Below, in pieces: positions 1-11,670 of a DNA stretch of 64,000 bases. Positions within the stretch are counted from its first letter, which is position 1. Every line of letters starts with the position of its first letter. The notes under the pieces are model-generated. The model was not told where the DNA came from. It made no database searches and saw nothing but the letters and a program-made list of their open reading frames with translations. The position numbers were made by a program, and so were the translations under genes. The stretch comes from Camelus dromedarius. Taxonomy: Eukaryota. The stretch is taken from NCBI RefSeq assembly GCF_036321535.1, contig NC_087437.1, positions 51,586,001 through 51,650,000 of the forward strand, read 5' to 3'.

Positions 1-230
1 TATCCTGGCCTCAAGAGGGATAGGTTGGATGGACCAAGCCCCCGACATGGGGTTGGTTGACACGGGCCAAAAGACCTGGCTTCTGAGCTCTACACCATTG
101 CTGATGGGCTTTGCTATCCTGGAGACCTTTCTTAACCTCCTTGGGTCTCAGTTTCCTTATCTATGAATTGGGAATTGTAGGCTCAGACCTAGAGTGCCTT
201 GTTCCTTTCCCTTATCCTGTCTACTCACAG

Positions 231-344
231 GCCCAGGGCGTGGTGAAGGATCTGGAGCCTGAGCTGCTGCGGCACCTGGCACAGGGCACAGCCTCCCTGC
301 TGATCACCACCAAGGGTAGCCCCCAAGGGGAGCTGCAAGGGCAG
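231..344 (+). CDS. CHRD: Chordin coding exon, end of last CHRD domain ([38 protein letters not shown])
   Basis: cag|GCC acceptor, CAG|gtaggc donor, 114 nt in frame; peptide recognisable as chordin, including the 'GEL.GQ' CHRD-domain end. Confidence 0.95.
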
Positions 345-643
345 GTAGGCAGGCAGTGAGGGCTGGTGTGGATGGTTCAGAGTTGGGCTATTCGTCACTT
401 GCTTTCTCTGAGCCCTGGGGGTGGTAGAATCACATTCCCTTGCTGGTTGGGAGGATGAAGCCAAACTAGATACTTAATGAGGCTGGCAGCAGACCACCTG
501 TCCCTGGCAGCTGGGATGATTGCTGTGGCTAATAGCATCCTCCGGGGGCACAGTGGCACTCAAGGTGTCTTGGGCTGGCTGGTTGCCACTGGTGAGACGC
601 GAGGGGGAGCCCGGGTGCTGCCTCAACCCGCCTCTCCTCTCAG

Positions 644-907
644 GTGCACATTGCCAACCAGTGCGAGGTGGGCGGCCTACGCCTGGCAGCAGCAGGAGCT
701 GAAGAGGCACAGGTGCCCGGGGTTCCAGATGCAGTGGTGGCTGCACTGCCCGCTGTGCTGGGCCCAGACGCCCCAGCGCCAGCCAAACCTGGTGGCCTTG
801 GGCGGCTCCGAGACCCTAACACCTGCTTCTTCGAGGGGCAGCAGCGGCCCCATGGGGCTCGCTGGGCTCCTAACTATGACCCGCTCTGCTCGCTCTGCAC
901 TTGCCAG
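644..907 (+). CDS. CHRD: Chordin coding exon, linker and start of VWC/CR2 ([11 protein letters not shown]...[28 protein letters not shown])
   Basis: ctctcag|GTG acceptor, CAG|gtagga donor, 264 nt; cysteine-rich repeat pattern C-x-F...W...C..C.C. Confidence 0.96.
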
Positions 908-985
908 GTAGGAGGCCCTGGAAGAGCACATTGGGGCCTGGGTTCTGGGGCAGGATCCCAGTCAACGCCCAGCCTCTCCCTGCAG

Positions 986-1079
986 AGACGCACGGTGATT
1001 TGTGACCCCGTGGTGTGCCCACCACCCAGCTGCCCTAGCCCGGTGCAGGCACCGGACCAGTGCTGCCCTGTGTGCCCGG
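986..1079 (+). CDS. CHRD: Chordin coding exon, second half of CR2 ([31 protein letters not shown])
   Basis: tgcag|AGA acceptor, G|gtgagt donor; CCPVC motif; phase continues from the previous exon. Confidence 0.95.
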
Positions 1080-1194
1080 GTGAGTGCCTTGCAGGAGTGG
1101 AGAGGGTAATGGAGGGTCCATCACAGGGGATGAGAGTTCTGGGGAGGGAAAGAGGGGGTCACCCTCTGCCTTCAGTATTTCTTTGGATCCACAG

Positions 1195-1251
1195 AGAAAC
1201 AAGATGTCAGAGACCTCCTGGGGTTGCCAAGGAACAGGGACCCTGGAGAGG
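1195..1251 (+). CDS. CHRD: Chordin coding exon, linker ([20 protein letters not shown])
   Basis: acag|AG acceptor, G|gtgagc donor, 57 nt, phase 1-1. Confidence 0.92.
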
Positions 1252-1468
1252 GTGAGCTGGAAGTGCGCGTGCAGGGGTGGGGAATTCAGAGGAGCTGTGA
1301 GGTGGGACTAGGGTGGGGGAAGATGGGAGGGGGAGAGTATATATGGGGGCGGGGAGGCTGAGGGGCATCGGTTACAAGTGACACCTGATAGGCTTCATTA
1401 GTGTCACTGGCCCACAAGTGGGCCCTGGGGTTAACAAGTGTGGGGTTGGCCTGAGGCTCAAGCCTTGA

Positions 1469-1750
<282 letters not shown>

Positions 1751-1799
1751 TGAGAAAATTCTTTTGGGCTTTGAGAATTGTCTTCCTGTAGGAAAAGGG

Positions 1800-1990
1800 C
1801 AAGGGTTGAGTTGGTGTGAATTCTGGCTCTGCCAACTGACTAGCTCTGCGTAACCCTGGGCACTTTCTCTACCTCCCTGAGTCTCACTTTCCTCTCCTAT
1901 AAGCAGATGTGGTAGCACCTACCTTGCAGGGCTATAATGAGGATTTGAGTTCGGTATGCAAAGCCCCAGTCCAGGGCCTCTGAGTAAAAG
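1800..1990 (+). mobile_element. MIR SINE remnant in a CHRD intron
   Basis: core 'aattctggctctgccaactgactagctctgcgtaaccctgggc...ctgagtctcactttcctc' resembles the MIR consensus. Confidence 0.7.
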
Positions 1991-2096
1991 GCCAGGGACA
2001 TGTTACACTGGAGGTATGGGAAAGGAGAGGGAGGAAGCAGGAGGCTTATGTGTGCCTCCTATTTCCTGACACCCCTCACTCAATGGATCCCTACAG

Positions 2097-2199
2097 GGGG
2101 GCACTGGAGAGGTGCACTGTGAGAAGGTGCAGTGTCCCCGGCTGGCCTGTGCCCAGCCTGTCCGTGCCAACCCCACTGACTGCTGCAAACAGTGTCCAG
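2097..2199 (+). CDS. CHRD: Chordin coding exon, second half of CR3 ([34 protein letters not shown])
   Basis: ctacag|GGG acceptor, G|gtgagg donor; CCKQC motif. Confidence 0.95.
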
Positions 2200-2575
2200 G
2201 TGAGGGGGGTGGGCACTGAGGCCTCTTGGGGTGAATAAGGCTCTTCATGGCCTTGTCCCAGGTGGGAGGAATGCATGGTGAGGCGATGCTTAGTGAGGGT
2301 GGATGGGAGGGACTTCTCAGCTAATTCCACATTTACTAAGCACAGTTCCGTGACTAGCCTGGAGCCAGGGATCTAAACGAAGCAGGAAGAATGTGCATGT
2401 TTTATTGGGCTGTGACAGATCCAGTTCCTGCCCCATCCATCCATCCAAATGTATCACCTACTAAGTGCCAGAAACTGCTAGGTGATGGCGATTCAAAAAC
2501 AAAACTAGGATGGCCCTCACAGAGCTCACATCTGCTGACCTCTTCCTCCTTCCATCCTTCTCTCCCTTCCAACAG

Positions 2576-2730
2576 TAGGGTCAGGAGCCCAACCCCAACT
2601 GGGGGACCCCATGCAGGCTGATGGGCCCCGGGGCTGCCGTTTTGCAGGGCAGTGGTTCCCAGAGAGCCAGAGCTGGCACCCCTCGGTCCCCCCCTTTGGG
2701 GAGATGAGCTGTATCACCTGCAGATGTGGG
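2576..2730 (+). CDS. CHRD: Chordin coding exon, linker and first half of CR4 (…[40 protein letters not shown])
   Basis: long pyrimidine tract + aacag acceptor, GGG|gtaagt donor. Confidence 0.95.
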
Positions 2731-2857
2731 GTAAGTGCGGAATGGAGGCCTTTGCAGGGAGGGCAGGCTCCTGAGGGAGGGGTCCCCTCAAGAGGCTGAA
2801 GGCCACTGTGCCCCAAAGCCTCTGGGGACCCTCAGGATCTGGTCTGTCCTGCACCAG

Positions 2858-2957
2858 GCAGGGGTGCCCCACTGTGAGCGAGATGACTGTTCACCGCCAC
2901 TGTCCTGTGGCCCGGGGAAAGAGAGCCGCTGCTGCTCCCACTGTGCACCCCGGCGGT
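2858..2957 (+). CDS. CHRD: Chordin coding exon, second half of CR4 (AGVPHCERDDCSPPLSCGPGKESRCCSHCAPRR)
   Basis: caccag|GCA acceptor, T|gtaagt donor; CCSHC motif. Confidence 0.94.
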
Positions 2958-3250
2958 GTAAGTGAGGGGCCCGGGGAAGGAGGGAGGGGAGCACCTGCCA
3001 GTGCCAGGAACACCCCATCCCTTCTCACAGCCACCTTGTGGGCTTGTTCTTGGTTACCTTTTCTTTTCAAATGAGATTTCTGATGCTCAGAGGAATCAGG
3101 CCACTAGACTAGAGTCACACAGCTGGTATGTGCTGGCTTGCTTAAAAAATTCCAGCCTTTCTGAGACCAGAACAAAGATGCTCTGCCATGCCCTTCGTGC
3201 CACCCTGTTGCCTCTGTCCTCCTGCAAAATTCATTCCCTTCTGTCTCCAG

Positions 3251-3306
3251 CAGCCCCAGAGACCAGGACAGTTCCAGAGCTGGAGAAAGAAGCTGAAGGC
3301 TCCTAG
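3251..3306 (+). CDS. CHRD: Chordin terminal coding exon ((S)APETRTVPELEKEAEGS*)
   Basis: ctccag|CAG acceptor (tandem NAGNAG, alternative start 3254); TAG at 3304-3306; LEKEAEGS C-terminus typical of mammalian chordin. Confidence 0.93.
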
Positions 3307-3689
3307 GGAGCAGCCAGAAGGCCTCATGACCAAGAGGACGGGGCCTGGGCCGGGGGAAGGAGTGGTGCCGAGGACCCCGCATTCTCCTGCGGGAAACACA
3401 GTGCCTTTGGCTCCTCTTTTCTGCCTCTTCTCCCTCCCCCACTACCTCTGGGAACCACAGCTCCACAAGGGGGAGGGGCAGCCAGGCCAGACCAAGGCTA
3501 TGCCCATTCCAACTCCTGCCTTGTCACCCTCCGGCCTCCGCCTTGGAAGCCCCACCCCTTTCCTTCTGTACATAATGTCACTGGCTTGTTGGGATTTTTA
3601 ATTTATCCTCACTCAGCACCAAGGGTCCCCCCACTTCACTCCTGCTGCCCCTGAGCTGAGCAGAGTCATTATTGGAGATTTTTGTATTT

Positions 3690-3695
3690 ATTAAA
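3690..3695 (+). terminator. CHRD: CHRD polyadenylation signal ATTAAA (3' UTR ~3307-3715)
   Basis: ATTAAA ~385 nt after the stop, with upstream TGTA and downstream T/GT-rich sequence. Confidence 0.75.
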
Positions 3696-4199
3696 ACTTT
3701 TTTTTCCAGTCTTTGAGCTAATAGTTGTTTCATTGTGACCAGGGGCCTAAGTGGGCCCCAGTGAAGAAGGGTCTGAGGCTAGGTAGGGGGAGAGAGGAGC
3801 CCCAGGTGCTTTCCTCTGACCCTCGGGGGAGCAGGGAGAAACCCAGGGAGGGAGCAGGATGGCGCAGCAGCTGGCCGGCATGGCTGGATTCGGCAGAGGG
3901 GCTTGGGCTGTCTTCAAGATGGAATAGAGCTCCAAGAACTCAGGCAACCTAAGGCAGGATTTGGACGTAAGTTTAGTTTCCACTGGACTGCTCGTGGCTG
4001 GCATTTTTGCCGAGTATTACAGTGTCTCAAAACAGTTGCTGGTAGGATTTAAAATTTGATCTGTTACCCTGGGGTCAGTCAGGCCTACTTTGCAGAGGGC
4101 TTGCCTAGGCCTCTGAGCTTCAGCAGAAAGAGATGGAAGGTAATACACAGGGCCTCTGGCCGGAGGAGAAATGGGGTGTTTCTGATACACTTGGTTTTT

Positions 4200-4452
4200 T
4201 TTTTTTTTAACATTTTTTATTGATTTATAATCATTTTACAATGTTGTGTCAAATTCCAGTGTTCAGCACAATTTTTCAGTCATTCATGGACATATACACA
4301 CTCATTGTCACATTTTTTTCTCTGTGAGTTATCATAACATTTTGTGTATATTTCCCTGTGCTATACAGTGTAATCTTGTTTACCTATTCTACAATTTTGA
4401 AATCCCAGTCTATCCCTTCCCACCCTCCACCCCCCTGGTAACCACAAGTCTG
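4200..4452 (-). mobile_element. 5'-truncated young L1 3' end with 19-bp TSD
   Basis: poly-T then L1 3'UTR-like sequence; TCTGATACACTTGGTTTTT at 4181-4199 and 4453-4471. Confidence 0.85.
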
Positions 4453-4706
4453 TCTGATACACTTGGTTTTTGAAAAGAAAACTCCTTCCTGCACAATCCT
4501 CCACTTTGCCCCTTTTTACTTGTGAACCACCTTTCAGCATTCTCCAGTGACTGCCCTTTGCCATCTTTTACATGCCATGTCGGACTTGGATTTGGGGTCA
4601 GATGAGGAACAGCCACTCGGAGCCATCGCATGGTGGCGCTGCTGGCAGCCACCAGTTCACTTTGGGCCAAGTCCGTGTCAGTGCAGGTATTTGAGTAATT
4701 TATGGC

Positions 4707-4734
4707 TACAGACTACAGACTACAGACTACAGAC
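4707..4734. repeat. Heptamer tandem repeat (CAGACTA)n, about 4 copies
   Basis: ctacagactacagactacagactacagac read directly. Confidence 0.85.
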
Positions 4735-5436
4735 GTATGAAGGTGCCTCCTCCGGGAGAGGGAGAAATGGGAGCTGGAGAGAGGCAGCCCAGGCACTTAC
4801 TGGGAGTCCAAGTTCCCTGACTCTACACACATGTCAGCTGCTCGGCTTCCAGGAAAGCCCACTTTCCAAAGAAGAGCCAGTTGCTTTCAAAAAAGGTTTC
4901 TGAACAACTGTCTCATTGCCTTTCATCTGTAGTCTTATATGAAAATAACAGAAAATAAAAAAACAAAAGTGTGACATTTCTGATACAACAAAAGTGACAG
5001 AAAGGGGAGGTCTCATAAAGTAACACAATTGGGACAAGGAGGAGGTTGGCCAGGCATGCTGAAAGGGGCATATTTTAACTTACCAAACTTTTGTGATCAG
5101 AGATGTGGGAAGAAAAAAAAAAAGAGAGAAAAGTCTGGAATACCGGAAATACATTACTGTAGGTGACAAAGGGGAAAAATTCTTAGGGGTCATATAATGA
5201 TGATAGTGCTCTGTGAATGGAGACCCCTCTCTCTAACATTGTTTGGCTTTGGTATCTGTTCTCATGAACAAGGGGAGCTGCCAGAATTACTTTTGCTCAT
5301 TATAAAAGTAAATCACTGTGAACAATTATGGCAATACACAAATATGTGAGAAAGAAGGAAAAGTTCACCTGTCAGAAAGAAAGAATTCCAACCTATGCTA
5401 TGAAGAAATCATTGAGTTGAATCTGGTTTCAGCACC

Positions 5437-5557
5437 AAAAGAAAGAAAGAAAGAAAGAAAAAGAGAGAAAGAAAAGAAAAGAAGAGGGAAAGAAAAGAAA
5501 AGAAGAGGAAAAGAAAAGAAAAGAAAAAAAAAAAAGGAAAGAAAAGAAAAAAGAAAT
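5437..5557. repeat. GA-rich low-complexity (GAAA/GAAAA)n tract
   Basis: read directly; produces the spurious K/R/E-rich ORF 5318-5563. Confidence 0.9.
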
Positions 5558-6443
5558 CACTGAGCATTTTCCTGAGTCTTAGTTTACCTGGGCCCCTGGC
5601 CCCAGCCCCGCCCCCACACTGGGTCCTGCCCTTGCAGCACCTCTGTACCCTCTCTTGAAGTGGCTGTGATGTCTGTCCTTGACTCAGTGAAGGGTGTTTG
5701 TACGATCAGCTCTGGAGCTGGAGCACATGTAAATCTGTACAAATAGGGAAAGCAGGAAATTTAAGGGACATATGACCTTTTGCATTTAAAGTGGTGGGGG
5801 AGGCAAAAACCTAGAAATCAAAAAAAAAGAATCCTCAGCAACTCAGAGAACTTGGCAAGTTGGCATTCAGTGATTTGATTTTCAGTGAATTGACTGGAGC
5901 CCACCAGTGGGAACCCAGCTCCTCAGCTGATGGATGTTGGGCAGGCCTGACGGTTGTCCTGTCTTGGGCAGCAGAGGTAGGCCGTTGGGGTTCTCGCCTG
6001 GTGGCCAGGGCCCCAGCTTTCCTTTGGGAGGAGTCATTCACAACCTCTTATAGTCCACCTGCCTTGGCTGGGCTGGATCCTTGGCTGAGACACAGCCTCC
6101 TTGTGAGATGCCAGGACTTTTTCTCCTCTTCCGGCATCCCCCATGCCTGGGTGAGCTTCTGGTCCTACTGTGGAGACAGAGACTCCTCATTCTCCATTAG
6201 TGCTTTGGGACAAGAAGGGGGACACGTGGAGGGAGTAGGTGCCAGGGAGGAGGGCTGCGATGAGGATCACACTGAATCCTTCTCCACACGGGGGGCAGTG
6301 AGGCTGCTGTCTGGGTACTGGGAAGATAGCTCTGCCACGGACAGGTTTTTCCAGCCCAGTAGCTGCGGACCTTACGAGCTGGAGCAGGTGGCTGTGCTGT
6401 GAATTTCTACCCCTCATGGCCTGTTGTTGCCACCACTTGTCCT

Positions 6444-6473
6444 GGTGGCCCTGGTGGCCCTGGTGGCCCTGGT
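6444..6473. repeat. 9-bp tandem repeat (GGTGGCCCT)x3
   Basis: read directly. Confidence 0.85.
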
Positions 6474-7191
6474 GTTTACCATGGAGTCCTGGGGTCCTGA
6501 CCAGCCCCTACTCTGAGGGGAGATGAGGAAAGATGAAAGGGAAGCAGAGTCAAGCTTGTGTCTTGTTTAGGTGCTTTTGGGGAGCATTAGTGTGTGTACG
6601 TGCACACACACGCACATACACACATCTGAAGTGTGTAATGTGGGAGAGAGAGGAGCATCCACACTGCATCTGTTATTTACATCCATGCTTGTTTGACTGT
6701 GACGTTTTCAGTTTCTTTTATTTCTTTGTGGTTCTGCCTTACATGAATCTAAAAAATGCAAAGAACTTGTTCTTCAAAACCCAATCTTCTGTGGTCCTTT
6801 CTGCCTTCTGGGTGGGTATCGGTAGAGACATATTCTTTATACTAGTCTGGAGATAGAGCTGGGGTGGCAGGTAGTAAGCGGCAAGACAAGAGGCTACAGA
6901 GAAAGGAGGCCAGGGAGAAACATTCCATGGAGAAGCATCAGAAGACTTTTTATTACTATTCATTTCACAAGTAATCAATTTACTTACACTTAAATAGCTA
7001 CTAGCTGGATGCAAAAGGCACAAGATGATTCCTAGGGAATAGTTTCTTCCTTCCATCCCTATCCCTGTCCCCATCCAGGTCCCCTCCCTAGAGACCCACT
7101 GTTAACTATTTCCTGCATATAAGAATGTCTCATAAGAAGAGGGATGACCAAGATTCAAGTGTCAGTTGTTTGAATTGTTGTCATACATAGC

Positions 7192-7352
7192 CTAGTGCTT
7201 TTCAAACTTTAATGTGCATATGAATCATCTGGGAGTCTTGTTTAAATGTAGATTCTGATTCAGAAGGTCTGGAGTGGGCCTGAGAGTCTGCATTGCTGAC
7301 AAGCTCCCAGGTAATGTGATGCTGTTGGTCCAGAAACACACTGTGAGTAACA
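7192..7352. mobile_element. MER5A-like hAT-Charlie DNA transposon remnant
   Basis: 'tagtgcttttcaaactttaatgtgcatatgaatcatctggga...cacactgtgagtaaca' matches the MER5A pattern. Confidence 0.75.
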
Positions 7353-7409
7353 GGGATGTAAACAATCCATCACTTCTCATTTTCAGCAAATCTGCCATGC
7401 CACTGTAAG

Positions 7410-7730
7410 TTTATTCACTCAACTAATATTTATTGAGCATCTTTTTTTGTGCCAGGCACTGTTCTTGGTGCTGGGGACTCAGCAGTGAATTAAACTGGCT
7501 AACAGTCCTGGCTGTGTGAGTTTATAATCTAGTGGAGGGAGATAGTCAATACACACAGTAAGTACATAGCGTGCCAGAAAAAGATCTATGGAAAAAATAG
7601 GGCAGGAACAATGGACTTAGGTGTTCTGGAGTGGCAGTTCTGAGCGCAGTTTTAATAAAGATGACCACAGAGTGCTCTGGTGATTGAATAAAGACTTGAA
7701 GGAGGGGACAGAATGAACCACTGGGATATG
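7410..7730 (-). mobile_element. L2 LINE 3' remnant
   Basis: 'attcactcaactaatatttattgagcat...gtgccaggcactgttc' is the typical L2 3' end in reverse. Confidence 0.7.
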
Positions 7731-10700
7731 TAATGATTTTTTTAAAAAAAATTATGAATGGGTCTAAGGGAAGAAGGGAAGAGACCTCCCATAACTATGA
7801 GATATATGTGAAATCAGTTTGTCAGTAGATATCTAAACTCAGAGCGAGAGTGGATTCTGAGAAAAAGAGCCCTTTGGAGTATCAGGGAGAGAAGTGGACC
7901 TCTGCAGGAATAGAGGATGAGGTCTTGCTTCAATTGTACAAAATCTCTTCTAACACTGGAATTATATAATATATAAAGATGAAATATAATTAGAGTAAGA
8001 GTTAAAGAAATATCTAGTACCCAATGCAATTAGGTCACATACCTTAAGGTGTCAGTTCTGCCTGCATGGGTTTGCTGCCAGGATATAATGCATCCAGGCA
8101 TTTTCGAGTCTGGCAAAGGAGGAATAAGAGTTGGGGTTCTATTCATAACGGGGAAGGAACCTTATGGCAAAGTCTCTACCAAGGAAGAGGTTGCAATTTA
8201 AGCACAAGTTTTATGGTGGGAATTGTGAGAGTCTCAAACACCACATGAAATATGAAGAGGTTTTCAGGTTAGCAGACCAGGCAGGCTGTAGTTTGAAATC
8301 TCACCGAATACCATCTGAAGAGGCACCATGCCAGAAAACTCTAAGGAAAGGGGTCAAGGTGAAAGGTGGAGGGCAGATGGAAGATGGTGGGGGGAGGTAC
8401 CTGGTGGACCCATCCTGGAAGGGCGGACCTCAGATGCTGGAGGACATTCTTTCCCAGCAGCTGGAATCAGACCAGCTCCAGCTTGTCTCCCAGAAGAGTG
8501 GCCCCACACCTCTCCTTCTGACCACCCTATCAGGTCCCAGGAGGTCTAAATCACATTTACTTCCAGGACTCATCCCCCCTCCCCCTCCCCCATTACTGCA
8601 CCTGCTGGCTGATGCCTGAAGTTCCTTTAGTAGACATTTTTTCCTTCCACTACTGAAAGTGGGAATTTTAAAATGCAAATGACTGGTTACGATATTAGGT
8701 CACCTGCTACAGTCGGACTACCAGTCAACAAATGCAAATGATTATTATCAGATGCTGTTCCTTTTTGACAAGGGGAAGGTTAGAAAAAAGTAGACTGAAG
8801 GGGGAGGAGGTAGGGAAGTGGGGACTTCACAGCTGACCCGCCAGGCGGGGACTCTGACTAGGGCCAGGCCATTCACCTTCACCAGGGTGCAGTGGAGGAA
8901 TAGTTGCTATGTGGGGAGGAATTTCTGTCCTGCACATCTGTGTGCTCTCCCAGCTTAGCGGGAACTCGGCCACTCAGACATATGATTCACATCAACTGTG
9001 TTTTTCATAAGTTTTAGAGGCTTTTTTTTAAGCAGCAAGGTTGACGTCATTATGAAGGAACTTTTTCTCATAGGTTCCAACCGAGGTACCATGGAAATGG
9101 CACCAGGGAAGACCTTCAGGACTAGCTTTTAAATTCTCCCTTCCCCCCCGCAGAGAGAGCCAAATGAGAGGACTTCCTGACAGGGATAAAAGAAGTAGGG
9201 TTTATTTTTGTCTGATCATAAATGTAACGATTCTTCAAGAATGAGTCTACATTCTCTGTAAATATAATGTTCTGTTTTGGCAAACAGAACAGTACAAAAT
9301 GAAGGAAATTTAATGTTAATTACTTAATAAAATTAAAATGCCAACTCAGAAATAATCCTCATTTACTTTGGATTTTTTCCCCCTAATCTTTTTTTCTGAA
9401 CATGATTTACTTGAACCTTTCAAATGGTATTTCTATTGAACCATCTTTTTAAATTATAAAACTAATGTTTGCTTGAAGTAGAAAATTTGGTTAAAGAAAA
9501 AACCCGGGAAAAATTCTTTGTAGAGAATACAGCTCTTTGAAGCATTTTTTTTCTTCTGTGGGTTTTATTGAGTTTACCCTGTTTATAGTTCTGTATCCCT
9601 CTTTTCGTCTCTTGGCCCTAGAGTCATACATCTTGTGAGCTTTTGCCTGGATTGTCGGAGTTTGAAGACAGTCGATGCCTGTGCCGAATCTGGGCGACTC
9701 CAGGAACGGAGGCCGGAGTACAGGCTGAAATCCCACAGCCCGAGCACCTTCTCGGTGGTTTAACCTGGGGCCTCTGTCTGAGTCCAGCGAGATACCGGCA
9801 GGGCAGGTACTTGGTGCCTCGGATGAGGAAGGAATGAGTTTGGACATCTACAATGGAGCACAGTCGGGGACAGAGGGAGCCATGAGGGCTGGAAAGTGGC
9901 AGTCACAGGCAAGCAGGGAGAGGGCAGGGAGGGAGGGGGAGGGGAGGCACTCCCCCTGCCTCCCAGGTCAGTCAAAGCGGCTCCAAAGCTGGACGGAGTT
10001 CTCCCCGCATAGTTGTGGTCACCTTAATAGTTTGGAACGTGTGTATTCATTTTGGTTGCCAAGAAGAGTCAGCTGAGTGGATTCAGGCTCAGAAGGTGAC
10101 ATTTTGTGAGGAGAAGGGAGGCAGTTGAGGGAGGGATGGGGGAGGAGGGACCTGGGGAGCCAGAAGAGCCAACTTTGCTAGTAACCCATCTGGTCACCTG
10201 AGCTTCATCATTTCAATTTCCTGCTTTTGAAAACTTTCTGGAAATACGGCTGGACTTGAACTAGCAGCAGTTTGGTATAGATAGTGGTTTGAATCCAAGG
10301 CCTGATGTTTTTTGATTGTGTGACCTTGGACAAGTCATTTGACATATCTGAGCCTCAGTTTCCTGCAAAACAGTGGTAATAATGGTTATCTGCATGACTG
10401 TTATAAGGACTATGGTAAAGGTCTGAAACGTGCTTGGCATATAGTCTGGCACTCATGTCTTCACTATCATCGGGTCTGGTGGCTGTGAGAGTCATTACTG
10501 GGTGGAAAGTGCTAGGCCCACGAAAGGGCGAGGTTATGCTGGGGCAGAGGAAACAGCGCTCAGGCCTCCACTGTGTGATGGGAGGAAAGTCATTGCGGTG
10601 GGTGTGACCACAACCCTTCCACTGTCAAGGAGAGTGCTTCATAGCCTAATCCTCACTCTCCCAGCCTAGAGAAGCATTCTTTCTTGCTGGGAGGGAGGCT

Positions 10701-10918
10701 AAGCCAATCCACCTAATAAAGTGGTGAGAGAGTTGGGGTGCAGGGGTGAGTTGGGGTGCAGGGGTGAAGGCTCTGGGCTGGAGGTGGTGAGTGGGCAGCA
10801 ATATACCCAGGGTAAGAGGGAAGTGGACAGAGCAAGGAGATTCTAACATGTTGCTATGGGCTGTGTTTATGGATTTCCTTGAATACTTTTCAAGATATGA
10901 ATAAAAAATTGAATTCCT

Positions 10919-11050
10919 GGGGGAAGGGTATAGCTCAGTGGTAGAGTGCATGCCTAGCATGCACAAGGTCCTGGGTTCAATTCCCAGTACCTCTGATTAA
11001 AAAACAAACAAACAAATAAATAAACCTGAAATTACCTCCCCCCATAAGAA
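10919..11050 (+). mobile_element. tRNA-derived SINE (camelid Vic-1-like) with 16-bp TSD
   Basis: GGGGAAGGGTATAGCTCAGTGGTAGAG...GGTTCAATTCCC (A/B boxes), A-rich tail; AAAAAATTGAATTCCT at 10903-10918 and 11051-11066. Confidence 0.88.
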
Positions 11051-11129
11051 AAAAAATTGAATTCCTTTTTTGTGATATACATTATATATATGTGTGTGTA
11101 TGTATATATATATGTATATATATACATAC

Positions 11130-11670
11130 ACACACCACAAAATTTACCATTTAAACTGTTTTTAGGTGTACAATTCAGTGACATTAAGTACATTCACTAT
11201 GTTGTGCAACTATCACCACTATCCATTTCGAGAAGTTTTGCATCATCCCAAAGAGAAACTTTGTACCCATTAAACACTATAACTTCCCATTCCCCCTGCC
11301 CCTGGTAACCTTTATTCTCTTTCTGTCTCTATGAATTTGCCTATTCTAGGTATCTTATAGAAGTAGACTCGTACAGTATTTGCCTTCTGTGTCAGGGTTT
11401 TTTCACTTAGCATAATGTTTTTAAGGTTCATCCATGTAGTAGAATATATCAGAATTTCATTCCTTTTAATGACTGAATAATATGCCGCTGTATGTACATT
11501 CTGCATATTGTTTATCCATACACCTGTTGATGCATATTTAGGTTGTTTCCACCTTTTGTCTGTTGTGGATTATGCTGCTATGAACATTGGTGTGCAAGAA
11601 TCTGGTTGAGTCCCTGTTTTCAATTCTTTGGGTCTCTATCTCGAAGTGGTAATTAGATGGTGATTCTGTT
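11130..11670 (-). mobile_element. L1MB-like 3' fragment
   Basis: 'aaatttaccatttaaac...gtgtacaattcagtgacattaagtacattcac...' L1 3' end pattern. Confidence 0.75.

Noticed and set aside
644..1255. 203-aa ORF
   Set aside because: Two CHRD exons read through an in-frame 78-nt intron and into the next intron; not a separate gene
5318..5563. K/R/E-rich ORF
   Set aside because: Product of the GA-rich simple repeat
5860..6402. 180-aa plus-strand ORF
   Set aside because: Non-ATG start and no recognisable domain; more likely the antisense shadow of the minus-strand terminal segment
8164..8619. 151-aa plus-strand ORF
   Set aside because: No recognisable homology; the splice signals here point to the minus strand
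10919..10992. tRNA-like sequence with A and B boxes (also at 18.1, 24.9, 39.1, 51.2, 55.2 and 60.3 kb)
   Set aside because: SINE heads with shared tails, A-rich ends and TSDs; not tRNA genes
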